DNA from: Patescibacteria group bacterium
GTDB taxonomy: Bacteria > Patescibacteriota > Minisyncoccia > Phycocordibacterales > JACOZG01
Direction: 5' to 3'
Length of the DNA: 41,914 bases
NCBI GenBank assembly: GCA_038064935.1
Contig: JBBTRZ010000001.1
Span: forward strand, 1-41,914
Shown here piece after piece: positions 26,221-35,012 of this stretch. Both the position numbers and the translations under genes were made by a program. Below the pieces are notes generated by a model. It made no database searches, was not told the DNA's origin, and worked only from the letters and a program-made list of their open reading frames with translations. Each line of letters opens with the position of its first letter. Positions within the stretch are counted from its first letter, which is position 1.

Positions 26221-27042
26221 TTAAAAGATGTCGGCAAAATATCTTTCGGTCTTTTTGAATACATAAATCCCGATGATCAGGATGATTAGACCACCGACAA
26301 TTGAAGTAGCAATTAAAACCCAATTTATCGGTCCAGTGCCCAAAAGCGCCGCCCGCGCTGATTGAATTACCCCCATCATTGGATTAAGTGCTAAGAATTT
26401 GGAATATTTTCCAGCAATACTGGCGGGGTAGATAACCGGGGTAATAAAAAGCATGATTTGAATAAAGAAAGGTAGAGCATATCTAACATCGCGATACTTG
26501 ATGTTGATTGCCGAGAGAAAGAGACCACCACCGACGGAAGTCATGAAGGAAATAATTAGAAGGAGTGGCAAAATAAATAGTCCACTAATATTTGGTAAAT
26601 AACCATAATAAGCCATCATTCCTATCAAGACAATCGAAGTGATAGCAAAATCAATAAATTTTCCAATGACCGAAGAAATTGGTAATATCAGTCTGGGAAA
26701 ATAAACTTTGGTGATGATTGTTTGGTTGGCAATTAAAGCGTTGCTAGTTTCACCTAAAGCGCTAGAGAAAAACTGCCAAAACAGAAGTCCAACATAAACA
26801 AAGATTGGGTAGGGGATATTGTCGGAAGGAATTTTAGCTAGTTGGCCGAAGAAGACACTGAAAACCACCATCGTTAAAAATGGTTGAAGAATTGACCATA
26901 AAACACCGATCGCAGTTTGCTTATAACGAACTTTGAAATCGCGCCAGGTGAAAAAATACATGAGTTCGCGATAATGCCAAAGCTCGCGTAGGTCTCTAAA
27001 GCTAAAGACTTTCTTCGGCCGGATAACAGTAATTTCATTCAT
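26221..27042 (-). CDS. wzm: ABC-2 type polysaccharide exporter permease (Wzm/TagG type)
   Basis: 273 aa with six hydrophobic segments. FTWRDFKVRYKQTAIGVLWSILQP is the ABC-2 N-terminal motif. Confidence 0.85.
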   Translation of the reverse strand: MNEITVIRPKKVFSFRDLRELWHYRELMYFFTWRDFKVRYKQTAIGVLWSILQPFLTMVVFSVFFGQLAKIPSDNIPYPIFVYVGLLFWQFFSSALGETSNALIANQTIITKVYFPRLILPISSVIGKFIDFAITSIVLIGMMAYYGYLPNISGLFILPLLLIISFMTSVGGGLFLSAINIKYRDVRYALPFFIQIMLFITPVIYPASIAGKYSKFLALNPMMGVIQSARAALLGTGPINWVLIATSIVGGLIILIIGIYVFKKTERYFADIF

Positions 27043-27964
27043 ATTTTTTCTTAAACCAATCGTAAGTTGCCTTGATACCGTCTTCTAATTTTATCTCGTA
27101 TTGCCAACCGAGCACACTAATTTTTGAAATGTCCAAAAGCTTTCTCGGCATGCCGTCGGGTTTAGTAGTGTCCCAAATTATTTTACCTTCATAGCTAACA
27201 ACCTTTTTTATTATATTGGCCAACTCTTTGATAGTAATATCCTTCCCGATACCAACATTGATTATCTCCAAATCATCATATTTATTCATCAGAAATAAAG
27301 CAGCTCGAGCTAGATCATCAACATGTAAAAATTCGCGGCGCACTGATCCCGTTCCCCAAAGCGTTACTTCTTTTTGCTTATTAATTTTAGCGTCGTGAAA
27401 TTTTCTAATTAAAGCTGGGATAACATGAGAACTTTCGGGATCAAAATTATCGTTTGGACCGTATAAATTAGTCGGCATCAAACTGATAAAATTAGTGCCA
27501 TACTGCTGGTTGTATGATTGACACATGATGATCCCGGTAATTTTAGCCGTGGCATAAGCTCGGTTGGTCGGTTCAAGTGCCCCGGTCATCAGATATTCTT
27601 CTTTAATGGGTTGCGGAGAATTTCTAGGATAAATACAGGAGCTACCGAGAAACAATAATTTCTTTACTCCAGATTTATATGCATGGTGGATGATGTTAGT
27701 TTGGATCATGAGATTCTGGTAAATGAAATCGACCGGGTAAGTACTATTGGCCATAATGCCCCCGACTTTGGCGGCGGCGAGGAAAACATATTCCGGTTGC
27801 TCGGTGGCGAAAAAAGTTTCTACCGCTGATTGTTTTAACAAATCAAGTCCTGTCCTAGTTTCTAGAATTAAATTTTTGTAACCTCGTTTCTCTAAAGTTC
27901 GAACCAGTGCCGACCCGACGAGGCCTCCGTGACCGGCGACAAAAATTTTTGACTCTAGATTCAT
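27035..27964 (-). CDS. fcl: GDP-L-fucose synthase (GDP-4-keto-6-deoxymannose 3,5-epimerase/4-reductase)
   Basis: [16 protein letters not shown] (NADP site), [14 protein letters not shown]; 309 aa. Overlaps gmd by 4 nt. Confidence 0.88.
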   Translation of the reverse strand: MNLESKIFVAGHGGLVGSALVRTLEKRGYKNLILETRTGLDLLKQSAVETFFATEQPEYVFLAAAKVGGIMANSTYPVDFIYQNLMIQTNIIHHAYKSGVKKLLFLGSSCIYPRNSPQPIKEEYLMTGALEPTNRAYATAKITGIIMCQSYNQQYGTNFISLMPTNLYGPNDNFDPESSHVIPALIRKFHDAKINKQKEVTLWGTGSVRREFLHVDDLARAALFLMNKYDDLEIINVGIGKDITIKELANIIKKVVSYEGKIIWDTTKPDGMPRKLLDISKISVLGWQYEIKLEDGIKATYDWFKKKYE

Positions 27965-29001
27965 GATTCCAATTTCAGATCAGCTTCGGTCATTAGCTTG
28001 GCGAGTTCACGAAAAGTGACTTTTGGTGACCAGCCTAACTTACTTTTCGCCTTAGAATAATCGCCGAGCAAAACATCTACCTCGGCTGGTCGGAAGTAAT
28101 AGGGATCAATCTCAATAATTATTTTGCCAGTTTTTTTATCAAGACCCTGTTCTTTAATACCTTTTCCTTTCCAAACTAGCTCCATCCCTAGATTTTGGGC
28201 CACAACTTCAGCGAATTCTCGGACGCTGTGAGTCTCATTGGTCGCGAGGATAAAATCGTCCGGTTCGGAATGTTGAAGCATGAGCCACATTCCTTCTACA
28301 AAATCTTTAGCATAACCCCAGTCACGCGTGGCATCTAAGTTGCCCAAATAAATTTTTTTCTCTTTGCCTAATTTAATCTTTGCCAGGCCACGGGTGATTT
28401 TCCTAGTAACGAAAGTTTCACCTCGCCGTGGCGATTCGTGGTTGAAGAGAATACCGTTGGTCGCGAACATCCCATAACTTTCACGATAATTTCTGGTGAT
28501 CCAATAGGCGTAAACTTTAGCACAGCCGTATGGTGATCGGGGATGGAAAGCGCTGGTCTCCTTGAGCGGGAGTTCCACGGCTTTCCCAAACATTTCGCTC
28601 GACGAGGCTTGATAGAATCTAGTTTTGATTTTCGTTTCTCGGATCGCATCGAGAATTCTGGTTGTACCTAAACCGGTGACATCGCCGGTGTATTCTGGCA
28701 AGTCGAAACTGACGCGGACATGACTCTGGGCGCCGAGATGGTAGATTTCGTCGGGTGCCACTTTCTTTAAGATTCGATTCAGATTACTGCCATCAGAGAG
28801 ATCCCCGTAGTGTAGTTGCAGCAGTCCATCTCGTTTGCCTCGATCATCATGAGGATCGTGGTAGATATGATTAATCCGCTCGGTGTTGAACGAGCTCGAG
28901 CGACGGATAATACCGTGAACTTCATAACCCTTCTTAAGAAGGAGTTCCGCTAAATACGAACCATCCTGACCCGTGATGCCGGTGATTAAAGCTTTTTTCA
29001 A
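27961..29001 (-). CDS. gmd: GDP-mannose 4,6-dehydratase (canonical-length paralog)
   Basis: 346 aa. TTG start read at 29001-28999. [69 protein letters not shown]. Confidence 0.9.
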   Translation of the reverse strand: MKKALITGITGQDGSYLAELLLKKGYEVHGIIRRSSSFNTERINHIYHDPHDDRGKRDGLLQLHYGDLSDGSNLNRILKKVAPDEIYHLGAQSHVRVSFDLPEYTGDVTGLGTTRILDAIRETKIKTRFYQASSSEMFGKAVELPLKETSAFHPRSPYGCAKVYAYWITRNYRESYGMFATNGILFNHESPRRGETFVTRKITRGLAKIKLGKEKKIYLGNLDATRDWGYAKDFVEGMWLMLQHSEPDDFILATNETHSVREFAEVVAQNLGMELVWKGKGIKEQGLDKKTGKIIIEIDPYYFRPAEVDVLLGDYSKAKSKLGWSPKVTFRELAKLMTEADLKLES

Positions 29002-29011
29002 TGGAATTAAC

Positions 29012-29041
29012 TTAGCACGATTTAGTAGTTTATGCTAGAAT
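29012..29041 (+). promoter_or_regulatory. Candidate promoter for the O-antigen-ligase-like gene
   Basis: TTAGCA (29012-29017), 18-nt spacer ending in TGc, TAGAAT (29036-29041). ATG at 29051 is only 9 nt downstream, with no SD. Confidence 0.35.
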
Positions 29042-29050
29042 TCTCGCGTC

Positions 29051-31189
29051 ATGGTATCGAATAAAATTCTGAGCTGGGCGATAAATCTTGGCCTGCTTTC
29101 GGTTTTATTTGTCCCTCTCTTTATTTCTCGTTCCCTCTTCTTTCCCTTCATCACCGGCAAGAATTTTGCGTTTCGGATTATTGTCGAGATTATTTTTGGT
29201 CTCTGGATTTGGCTCGCGCTTCGCGATCCAGCGTATCGGCCGCGCAAGCACTGGTTTAATTGGGCGGTACTCGCTTTTTTTGCCATTCTCACTTTGGCGA
29301 CGATTACGGCGGTCAATCCCTATCGCGCGCTGTGGTCGAATTACGAACGGATGGAGGGCTTGATCGGTTTGCTTCATCTCGGTCTCTACTTTTTGGTTTT
29401 AAGCACAACTTTGAAAACCATAAAAAATTGGTTTTGGTTTTGGCACACTTCCATCGGCGTGAGTGTCTGGCTCGGAATTTATGGCCTCTTCCAACTGGCG
29501 GGGAAGCTCGAGATTCATCAAGGTGGCGAACGGCTCGATGCGTCGTTCGGCAACTCATCTTACTTCGCCGTCTACTTGCTCGTCCACATTTTTATCAGCG
29601 GCTATTGGCTAGTGAAATATCTGCGTGAGAAAAAGGCCGGGAAAAAAATAGGGCCGTGGTGGGTGGCTTATCTCCTCATCATTTTTCTCCAGCTCATTAA
29701 TCTTTATTACACCGGAACGCGTGGCACGATCTTGGGTCTGCTCGGCGGCTTGGGGCTAACCGCCGTTCTAATTATTTGGCAGGAAAAAAGTTGGCTTAAG
29801 GCGCGCCGGGCGGCGCTTGGTGGACTACTTCTGCTTGGTATTTTAGTCGGAGGATTTTTAGCCATTAGGCAAAGTGACTTTGTGAGTAAGAGCTCCACTC
29901 TTAGCCGACTGGCGAGTATCTCCATCGCCGGTGGTGTCAATGCGCGTCTTCTTATTTGGGACATGAGTTGGCGCGGGTTAGAAGAGCGGCCGATGTTGGG
30001 TTGGGGGCCGGACAATTATATGTATATTTTTAATAAATATTACAACCCCAAGATGTATAGCCAAGAGCAGTGGTTCGACCGCTCGCATAATGTCTTCTTG
30101 GATTGGCTCGTGTCAGCGGGAATTTTGGGCCTATTATCTTACCTATCGCTTTTTGGTGTCGCTTCGTATTTCATCTGGCGGAAAAATCTGTTTGACGGCG
30201 CGGTCGAGAAAAGTTTATTGACTGGCCTTCTCGCCGGCTACTTCATCCATAATTTTTTCGTCTTCGATCAGCTCACTAGTTATATTTTGTTCTTCTCCCT
30301 CCTCGGCTACTTCACTTTCCTTTCTCGCGAGAGGGTGAGTAGTGTAGGGGAGAAAAAATTTATTGTTAGGACCAAACTCTCGGTTGGTCAAATAAGTTTG
30401 GCGGGAGCGACGACACTTGGCCTGGTTCTCGCACTTTATTTCGTCAACTTTAAACCGATTCGGGCTTCTAGCACCCTGATTCAAGCGTTGTCGAGAAACG
30501 ACACTACTGGCTACACGGCTAGTTTTGCTAATTTCCAAAAAGTCTTTGATCTAAAAACTTTTGGTTCAACCGAGGCCTCGGAACATATTGTGGGTGTCAC
30601 CCTCACGGTTCTTAACGAAGATAGATATCCAGCCGATTTCAAACAGAATTTTCTCAAGTTAACTAAAAGCGAACTCGAGAAACAAGTTTTAGCCGATCCG
30701 CTCGATGCTCGTAAGCATTTAATTTTTGGGAGCTTCCTTGGTGTGGTGTCTGATCCGCGAGCCACAACCGAACTCGAGACCGCGGCGAAATTGTCGCCCA
30801 ACAAACAAACAATTCTCTTTGAACTCGGCCGACAGTATTGGCGGGCCGGTAAAGCCGATCAGGCGCTGGAAGTCTTTAAGCGGGCTTACGAGCTTGAGCC
30901 GTCGTTCGACGAAGCGGCTAGATTTTATTCTTTAGCTTTAATTTACGGGAACCAGGTCAAGGCGGCTCCAGCGGAATTGTTTGCCCGGGCGGTGACTCTC
31001 TGGCAACAGAAAGTCAACGGAAATCAAACCGATCCCACCCCGCACTTTTCCTTGGGACTGATTTACATTGCTTTAGGGCAAAAAGCTCGGGCGATCGCGG
31101 AGCTTGGGACCGCGGCGAAACTAAATCCAGCCTATAAATCAGAGACTGATCGAATTCTCCGAGACCTTCGCGCCGGTCGGGAGCCGTAG
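29051..31189 (+). CDS. O-antigen ligase/polymerase-family (Wzy_C) membrane protein fused to C-terminal TPR repeats
   Basis: 712 aa with about 12 hydrophobic segments. YTGTRGTILGLLGG and RLLIWDMSWRGLEERPMLGWGPDNY are typical of the O-antigen ligase family. The C-terminal ~200 aa carry TPR-like repeats (ALEVFKRAYELEPSFDEA, LGLIYIALGQKARAIAELGTAAKLNP). Confidence 0.8.
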   Translation: MVSNKILSWAINLGLLSVLFVPLFISRSLFFPFITGKNFAFRIIVEIIFGLWIWLALRDPAYRPRKHWFNWAVLAFFAILTLATITAVNPYRALWSNYERMEGLIGLLHLGLYFLVLSTTLKTIKNWFWFWHTSIGVSVWLGIYGLFQLAGKLEIHQGGERLDASFGNSSYFAVYLLVHIFISGYWLVKYLREKKAGKKIGPWWVAYLLIIFLQLINLYYTGTRGTILGLLGGLGLTAVLIIWQEKSWLKARRAALGGLLLLGILVGGFLAIRQSDFVSKSSTLSRLASISIAGGVNARLLIWDMSWRGLEERPMLGWGPDNYMYIFNKYYNPKMYSQEQWFDRSHNVFLDWLVSAGILGLLSYLSLFGVASYFIWRKNLFDGAVEKSLLTGLLAGYFIHNFFVFDQLTSYILFFSLLGYFTFLSRERVSSVGEKKFIVRTKLSVGQISLAGATTLGLVLALYFVNFKPIRASSTLIQALSRNDTTGYTASFANFQKVFDLKTFGSTEASEHIVGVTLTVLNEDRYPADFKQNFLKLTKSELEKQVLADPLDARKHLIFGSFLGVVSDPRATTELETAAKLSPNKQTILFELGRQYWRAGKADQALEVFKRAYELEPSFDEAARFYSLALIYGNQVKAAPAELFARAVTLWQQKVNGNQTDPTPHFSLGLIYIALGQKARAIAELGTAAKLNPAYKSETDRILRDLRAGREP

Positions 31190-31208
31190 TAGTTATTCCC
31201 GCTCGCGC

Positions 31209-31237
31209 TTGACAAGAAGTAGGGTAGGTGATAGTCT
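31209..31237 (+). promoter_or_regulatory. Candidate sigma70-type promoter
   Basis: TTGACA (31209-31214), 17-nt spacer ending in TGa, TAGTCT (31232-31237). About 60 nt of leader precede ATG 31301. Confidence 0.35.
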
Positions 31238-31300
31238 CCTTGCATGCAGGCCGGGCGATGTTCGCTTGGCGAGTGGGAAGTCCTTTGAAAGGGATTATAC

Positions 31301-32152
31301 ATGAAAAAGTCGTGTTGGGGGTTGTATTTTGGGGTGTTTGCGGTTGGACTGGCGGGTTGTGGTAACCTCCCCGTCTTCAAACGAGCGGAAAACCAGGAGT
31401 TCATCAATGACGGTGACGGCACCGAAAAGGAGAAATCCTTTCTCTTGGCCGAAAGAAGCGTTGATGAAAACGGCGAAGAAACTGTCAGGATGCATAAAGT
31501 GAGCTCCTACAGCTCATTCGATGCCTTTGGCGGCGGTTCAGCTTCGTTCAGCGGCGACACCGTTGTCGTCGCGGGTTACTCGAGCAATTACTCGACTTGG
31601 ATCGATGACAAGGGCAAGATTCGGTTCTCTATCAATCTCTACTTCAGCGGACTCTTTGTCCCCGAGGACGAGATTCTAACTGAAGAGATGGAGAAGTTGG
31701 TGAACGAAAGATTGATGGTGAGCGGTTGTCAGGGGCTGAACTCCTGGGATCTCCACCCCCCAGTGCCGGGTTGCGAGAATGGGGTAATCTTCAATATTCT
31801 AACCGGTGAACCTTGCTATGCGGATTACAATCGGGACCCAAATCTCGTTCTCACTTGGCAAAGTGATTCGCAGTTTGGGGAAAACCACTGCACACCGCCG
31901 GTTGACCTCCCGAATTTCTGCGATCAATTCCCCCCATTCTACGATTACTCTAACTTCTCCGTGAAAATCTATGGCGGTATCATCACCGCGGTTGGAATCT
32001 CGATGGAGGAGAATGTGTGGGAAGATTCCGCGCCGCAACCGGAATGGTGGAGACCGTGGAACGGTCAAGTTTCATTCCAAGGCGTGATCACTGCCGATTA
32101 CGCGCCAGAGCCCGATGAGTATCTACCCAGTTGTGGTGGTGGCCGAGGATAA
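31301..32152 (+). CDS. Cys-rich putative lipoprotein, unknown function
   Basis: Signal peptide with lipobox MKKSCWGLYFGVFAVGLAGC. Six further Cys are spread through the mature part. I recognise no family. Confidence 0.55.
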   Translation: MKKSCWGLYFGVFAVGLAGCGNLPVFKRAENQEFINDGDGTEKEKSFLLAERSVDENGEETVRMHKVSSYSSFDAFGGGSASFSGDTVVVAGYSSNYSTWIDDKGKIRFSINLYFSGLFVPEDEILTEEMEKLVNERLMVSGCQGLNSWDLHPPVPGCENGVIFNILTGEPCYADYNRDPNLVLTWQSDSQFGENHCTPPVDLPNFCDQFPPFYDYSNFSVKIYGGIITAVGISMEENVWEDSAPQPEWWRPWNGQVSFQGVITADYAPEPDEYLPSCGGGRG

Positions 32153-32164
32153 CCCCATCAATTA

Positions 32165-32192
32165 GCTAGAGAGAAGCCACAGTCTCTCTAGC
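32165..32192 (+). other. Hairpin (9-bp stem) directly downstream of the lipoprotein gene
   Basis: gctagagag (32165-32173) pairs with ctctctagc (32184-32192). Confidence 0.5.
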
Positions 32193-32198
32193 CCGAGC

Positions 32199-32233
32199 GC
32201 GCCGGATCATTAAATTGGTCCGGCGCTTTTTTT
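32199..32233 (+). terminator. Rho-independent terminator
   Basis: gcgccgga (32199-32206) pairs with tccggcgc (32219-32226) and is followed by ttttttt (32227-32233). Confidence 0.75.
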
Positions 32234-32257
32234 GCCTTAAAAAATCAAAATTGCCGA

Positions 32258-33502
32258 TTACTCCGGCGCGGCGTCGAGTTTTATCTTGACGATTTTTCGC
32301 TCGCCGCGATGGAGGATGGTCAAGGTGACGGTTTGCCCGACGGTTTTGGCGCGGACGATTGAGGCCAAACTATTTTTATCATCCAATTTTTTGCCATCAA
32401 TTTCGAGAATAATATCGTTCTCGACGATACCGGCTTTGTCTGCTGGCGAACCGGGAATGACGGCGAGATCATCCATCGCCTCGCCGCGGGCGACAAGGAC
32501 ACCGTAGTCAACCGGTAATTTATTTTTCTCCTTGAGAGCTGGGGTCACTTTCACATAACGGACACCGAGATAGGGGCGGACAATTTTGCCCGTCGTGCGG
32601 ACGGATTCAATCACTGATTTTACCGCGTCAATCGGTAGGGCGAAGCCGATATTCTCCGAGCCGCGCGCCATGGCGACATTGACTCCGATCACTTGACCCG
32701 AGAGATTGAGAAGTGGACCGCCGGAATTGCCCGGGTTAATCGCGGCATCGGTCTGGATCACTTCGTCGAGGGCTTCGACTTCACCCAAGCCATCGCCGGC
32801 GACAATTGAGCGATAGAGACCGGAGACGACACCGACCGAGACGGTGTTCTCGAATTCGCCAAGCGCGTTTCCGATCGCGATCGCCGTTTGCCCCACTTTG
32901 ATTTGGCCTGAATTTCCGAGAGTAAGAAAAGGATACTCGCCGCGACCTTTGAGTTTAAGGATGGCGATATCGAGAACCGAATCCTTCGCCACCACTTCGA
33001 CTTCATGTTTCTCGCCGTCACTCGTGAAAGCGGTGTAATCGGCCGCGGCATCATCAACGACATGGCGGTTGGTCACGGCGTAGCCGTCTTTCGAGACGAT
33101 GAAGCCGGACCCACCGCCAACTTCGCGGCGCTCGGTGCCCCGTTCGCGGCGTTGGGGGACAGGGAGAGGACTGAAGAAAGATCCGCCCCCGAAGAAGTCG
33201 CTGAAAGGGTCGCCACCGCGGAAATATTCCTCGATAATCGGCACATCTTTTGTTACGACAATCGAAATCACGCCCGGATTGGCTCGCTCGACGACGCCAG
33301 TCACCAACGCCTCTTGGGGGAAAAGGGGAGTTGGGGTAGACATCAAGCTCAAGCTCGATGTTTCGGTGACCGGTAATGGCGAAATAGTAAAAACTAGGGA
33401 AACAATCAACGCTCCGCCTATCGCGCCAGCCACGATCGCCATGATTAAATTTCTTATTTGGTTCATAGCGTTAGTATAAAATAGTTTTGGTTTTTTAGGC
33501 AA
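32258..33502 (-). CDS. htrA: HtrA/DegP-family serine protease with PDZ domain
   Basis: N-terminal TM segment. Catalytic His (AVTNRHVV), Asp (DIAILKL) and Ser (GNSGGPLLN). C-terminal PDZ (PGSPADKAGIVENDIILEIDG). The start is TTG 33502 with an aagga SD; an alternative ATG lies at 33466. Confidence 0.9.
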   Translation of the reverse strand: MPKKPKLFYTNAMNQIRNLIMAIVAGAIGGALIVSLVFTISPLPVTETSSLSLMSTPTPLFPQEALVTGVVERANPGVISIVVTKDVPIIEEYFRGGDPFSDFFGGGSFFSPLPVPQRRERGTERREVGGGSGFIVSKDGYAVTNRHVVDDAAADYTAFTSDGEKHEVEVVAKDSVLDIAILKLKGRGEYPFLTLGNSGQIKVGQTAIAIGNALGEFENTVSVGVVSGLYRSIVAGDGLGEVEALDEVIQTDAAINPGNSGGPLLNLSGQVIGVNVAMARGSENIGFALPIDAVKSVIESVRTTGKIVRPYLGVRYVKVTPALKEKNKLPVDYGVLVARGEAMDDLAVIPGSPADKAGIVENDIILEIDGKKLDDKNSLASIVRAKTVGQTVTLTILHRGERKIVKIKLDAAPE

Positions 33503-33528
33503 GCCATGCTATCCTTGAGATAAATAAT

Positions 33529-34161
33529 ATGCACACTTTACCTAAGTTACCCTACGCTTACAACGCCCTTGAGCCCCATATTGATGAGGCGACCATGAAA
33601 TTGCATCATCTTAAGCACCATCAGACCTACATTGATAAACTAAACGCGGCGCTTGAGCCATATCCAGAATTTGTCGATTGGTCTCTTGAAAAATTGATTA
33701 GAAATTTGCGCGAGTTGCCGGAAAATATTAAAGCCGATGCGGCTAATCACGGCGGCGGTCACTATAATCACTCATTTTTTTGGCAAATTTTACAGCCGGT
33801 TGGAACAGGCGGGGAAAATTTTCCCAATCAAATTTTAATGAATCTGCTAGTGCGAGATTTCGGTAGTTATGAAAAATTCAAAGATAGTTTCAAACACACC
33901 GCCCTTGCCCGTTTCGGTTCCGGTTGGGCTTGGCTGACAGTTGACGAGCAAGGGAAACTCGGCATTGCGTCTAGTCCCAACCAAGACAATCCTATTATGC
34001 TCAATACTGTGCCGAATAATCCACGGCCAATCCTCGGTCTCGATGTCTGGGAGCATGCCTATTATCTGAAGTACCAAAATCGGCGCGCGGATTACATTAA
34101 CTCTTTTTTCAATATTATTAACTGGGGGCAAGTGGAGAAACTATTGACAGATAAGAAATGA
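33529..34161 (+). CDS. Fe/Mn superoxide dismutase
   Basis: LPYAYNALEPHIDEATMKLHHLKHHQTY and DVWEHAYYLKYQNRRADY. Confidence 0.92.
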   Translation: MHTLPKLPYAYNALEPHIDEATMKLHHLKHHQTYIDKLNAALEPYPEFVDWSLEKLIRNLRELPENIKADAANHGGGHYNHSFFWQILQPVGTGGENFPNQILMNLLVRDFGSYEKFKDSFKHTALARFGSGWAWLTVDEQGKLGIASSPNQDNPIMLNTVPNNPRPILGLDVWEHAYYLKYQNRRADYINSFFNIINWGQVEKLLTDKK

Positions 34162-34180
34162 TTGTTGTATCCTATAAATA

Positions 34181-35002
34181 ATGGAAGAACTAAATAAGAA
34201 CCAAATTGTCCTCTTGGTCCTCCTCGTTAGTTTCGTCACTTCGATCGCGACAGGGATTGTGACGGTGACCTTGATGGATCAGGCGCCGCCCGCCGTGACG
34301 CAAACAATCAATCGGATTGTCGAACGGACGGTGGAGAAAGTGGTGCCCGGCCAACCGCCGCCGATCATTAAGGAAGTGCCGGTGATTGTCACCGAAGAAG
34401 AACTAATTGTGAAGGTGATTAACGGCGCCGCTTCCGGCATGGTCCGAATCGTTGATGCCCTCGGTGACAACGCCTTCGTGAGTAGTGGTTTCTTCATCTC
34501 GCCCGACGGGGTGATAGCGGCGAGTGGCGCTCTCGTCGGCGCGGCGGCTTCGACCACGAGTTATGAAGCGGTTCTTCGCGACGGTCGCGTCGTGCCGGTT
34601 GTTAAATTAAATCGGGTGTCGCCCGCGGCGACGACTACGCCGGAAGTTTCTCCGTTGTCTGAACTTAGTTTTTTCAAAACCCTCACGCCGCTCACTACGC
34701 TTGAGAAGTGGCCGACGCTCACTTTCGCCAAGGTGGCGCCAGCTGTCGGTCAGACGATTGTGGCGCTCGGGTTCGCCGATCGGGCGGATATAAATGTCGC
34801 CGTCGGGATTGTCTCGGGTTTCCTCTCGACCAATACTTCCACGGCTTCGAGTACGCCTCTAGTGATGACCAATGCCGCGAGCGGCGAGAATCAAGGAGGA
34901 CCGCTGCTCAATATCAAGGGTGAAGTAATCGGGTTGAGTCGCCGCGCCGGTCTCGCGATCCCGAGCGCGACGGTCATTGCCGCTTTAGCGGAATTTAAAT
35001 AA
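34181..35002 (+). CDS. Membrane-anchored HtrA/S1C-like protein with degenerate catalytic triad (predicted pseudo-protease), no PDZ
   Basis: It aligns by eye to the htrA in this window. [19 protein letters not shown] matches GSGFIVSKDGYAVTNRHVV with His replaced by Ala. [22 protein letters not shown] matches DAAINPGNSGGPLLNLSGQVIGV with Ser replaced by Gln. Confidence 0.65.
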   Translation: MEELNKNQIVLLVLLVSFVTSIATGIVTVTLMDQAPPAVTQTINRIVERTVEKVVPGQPPPIIKEVPVIVTEEELIVKVINGAASGMVRIVDALGDNAFVSSGFFISPDGVIAASGALVGAAASTTSYEAVLRDGRVVPVVKLNRVSPAATTTPEVSPLSELSFFKTLTPLTTLEKWPTLTFAKVAPAVGQTIVALGFADRADINVAVGIVSGFLSTNTSTASSTPLVMTNAASGENQGGPLLNIKGEVIGLSRRAGLAIPSATVIAALAEFK

Positions 35003-35012
35003 AATCATCACT

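Noticed and set aside
20885-29001. The gmd duplication as a recent segmental duplication or assembly artefact.
   Set aside because: The identical N-terminal peptides are encoded by different codons, the lengths differ (323 against 346 aa), and the start codons differ (ATG against TTG).
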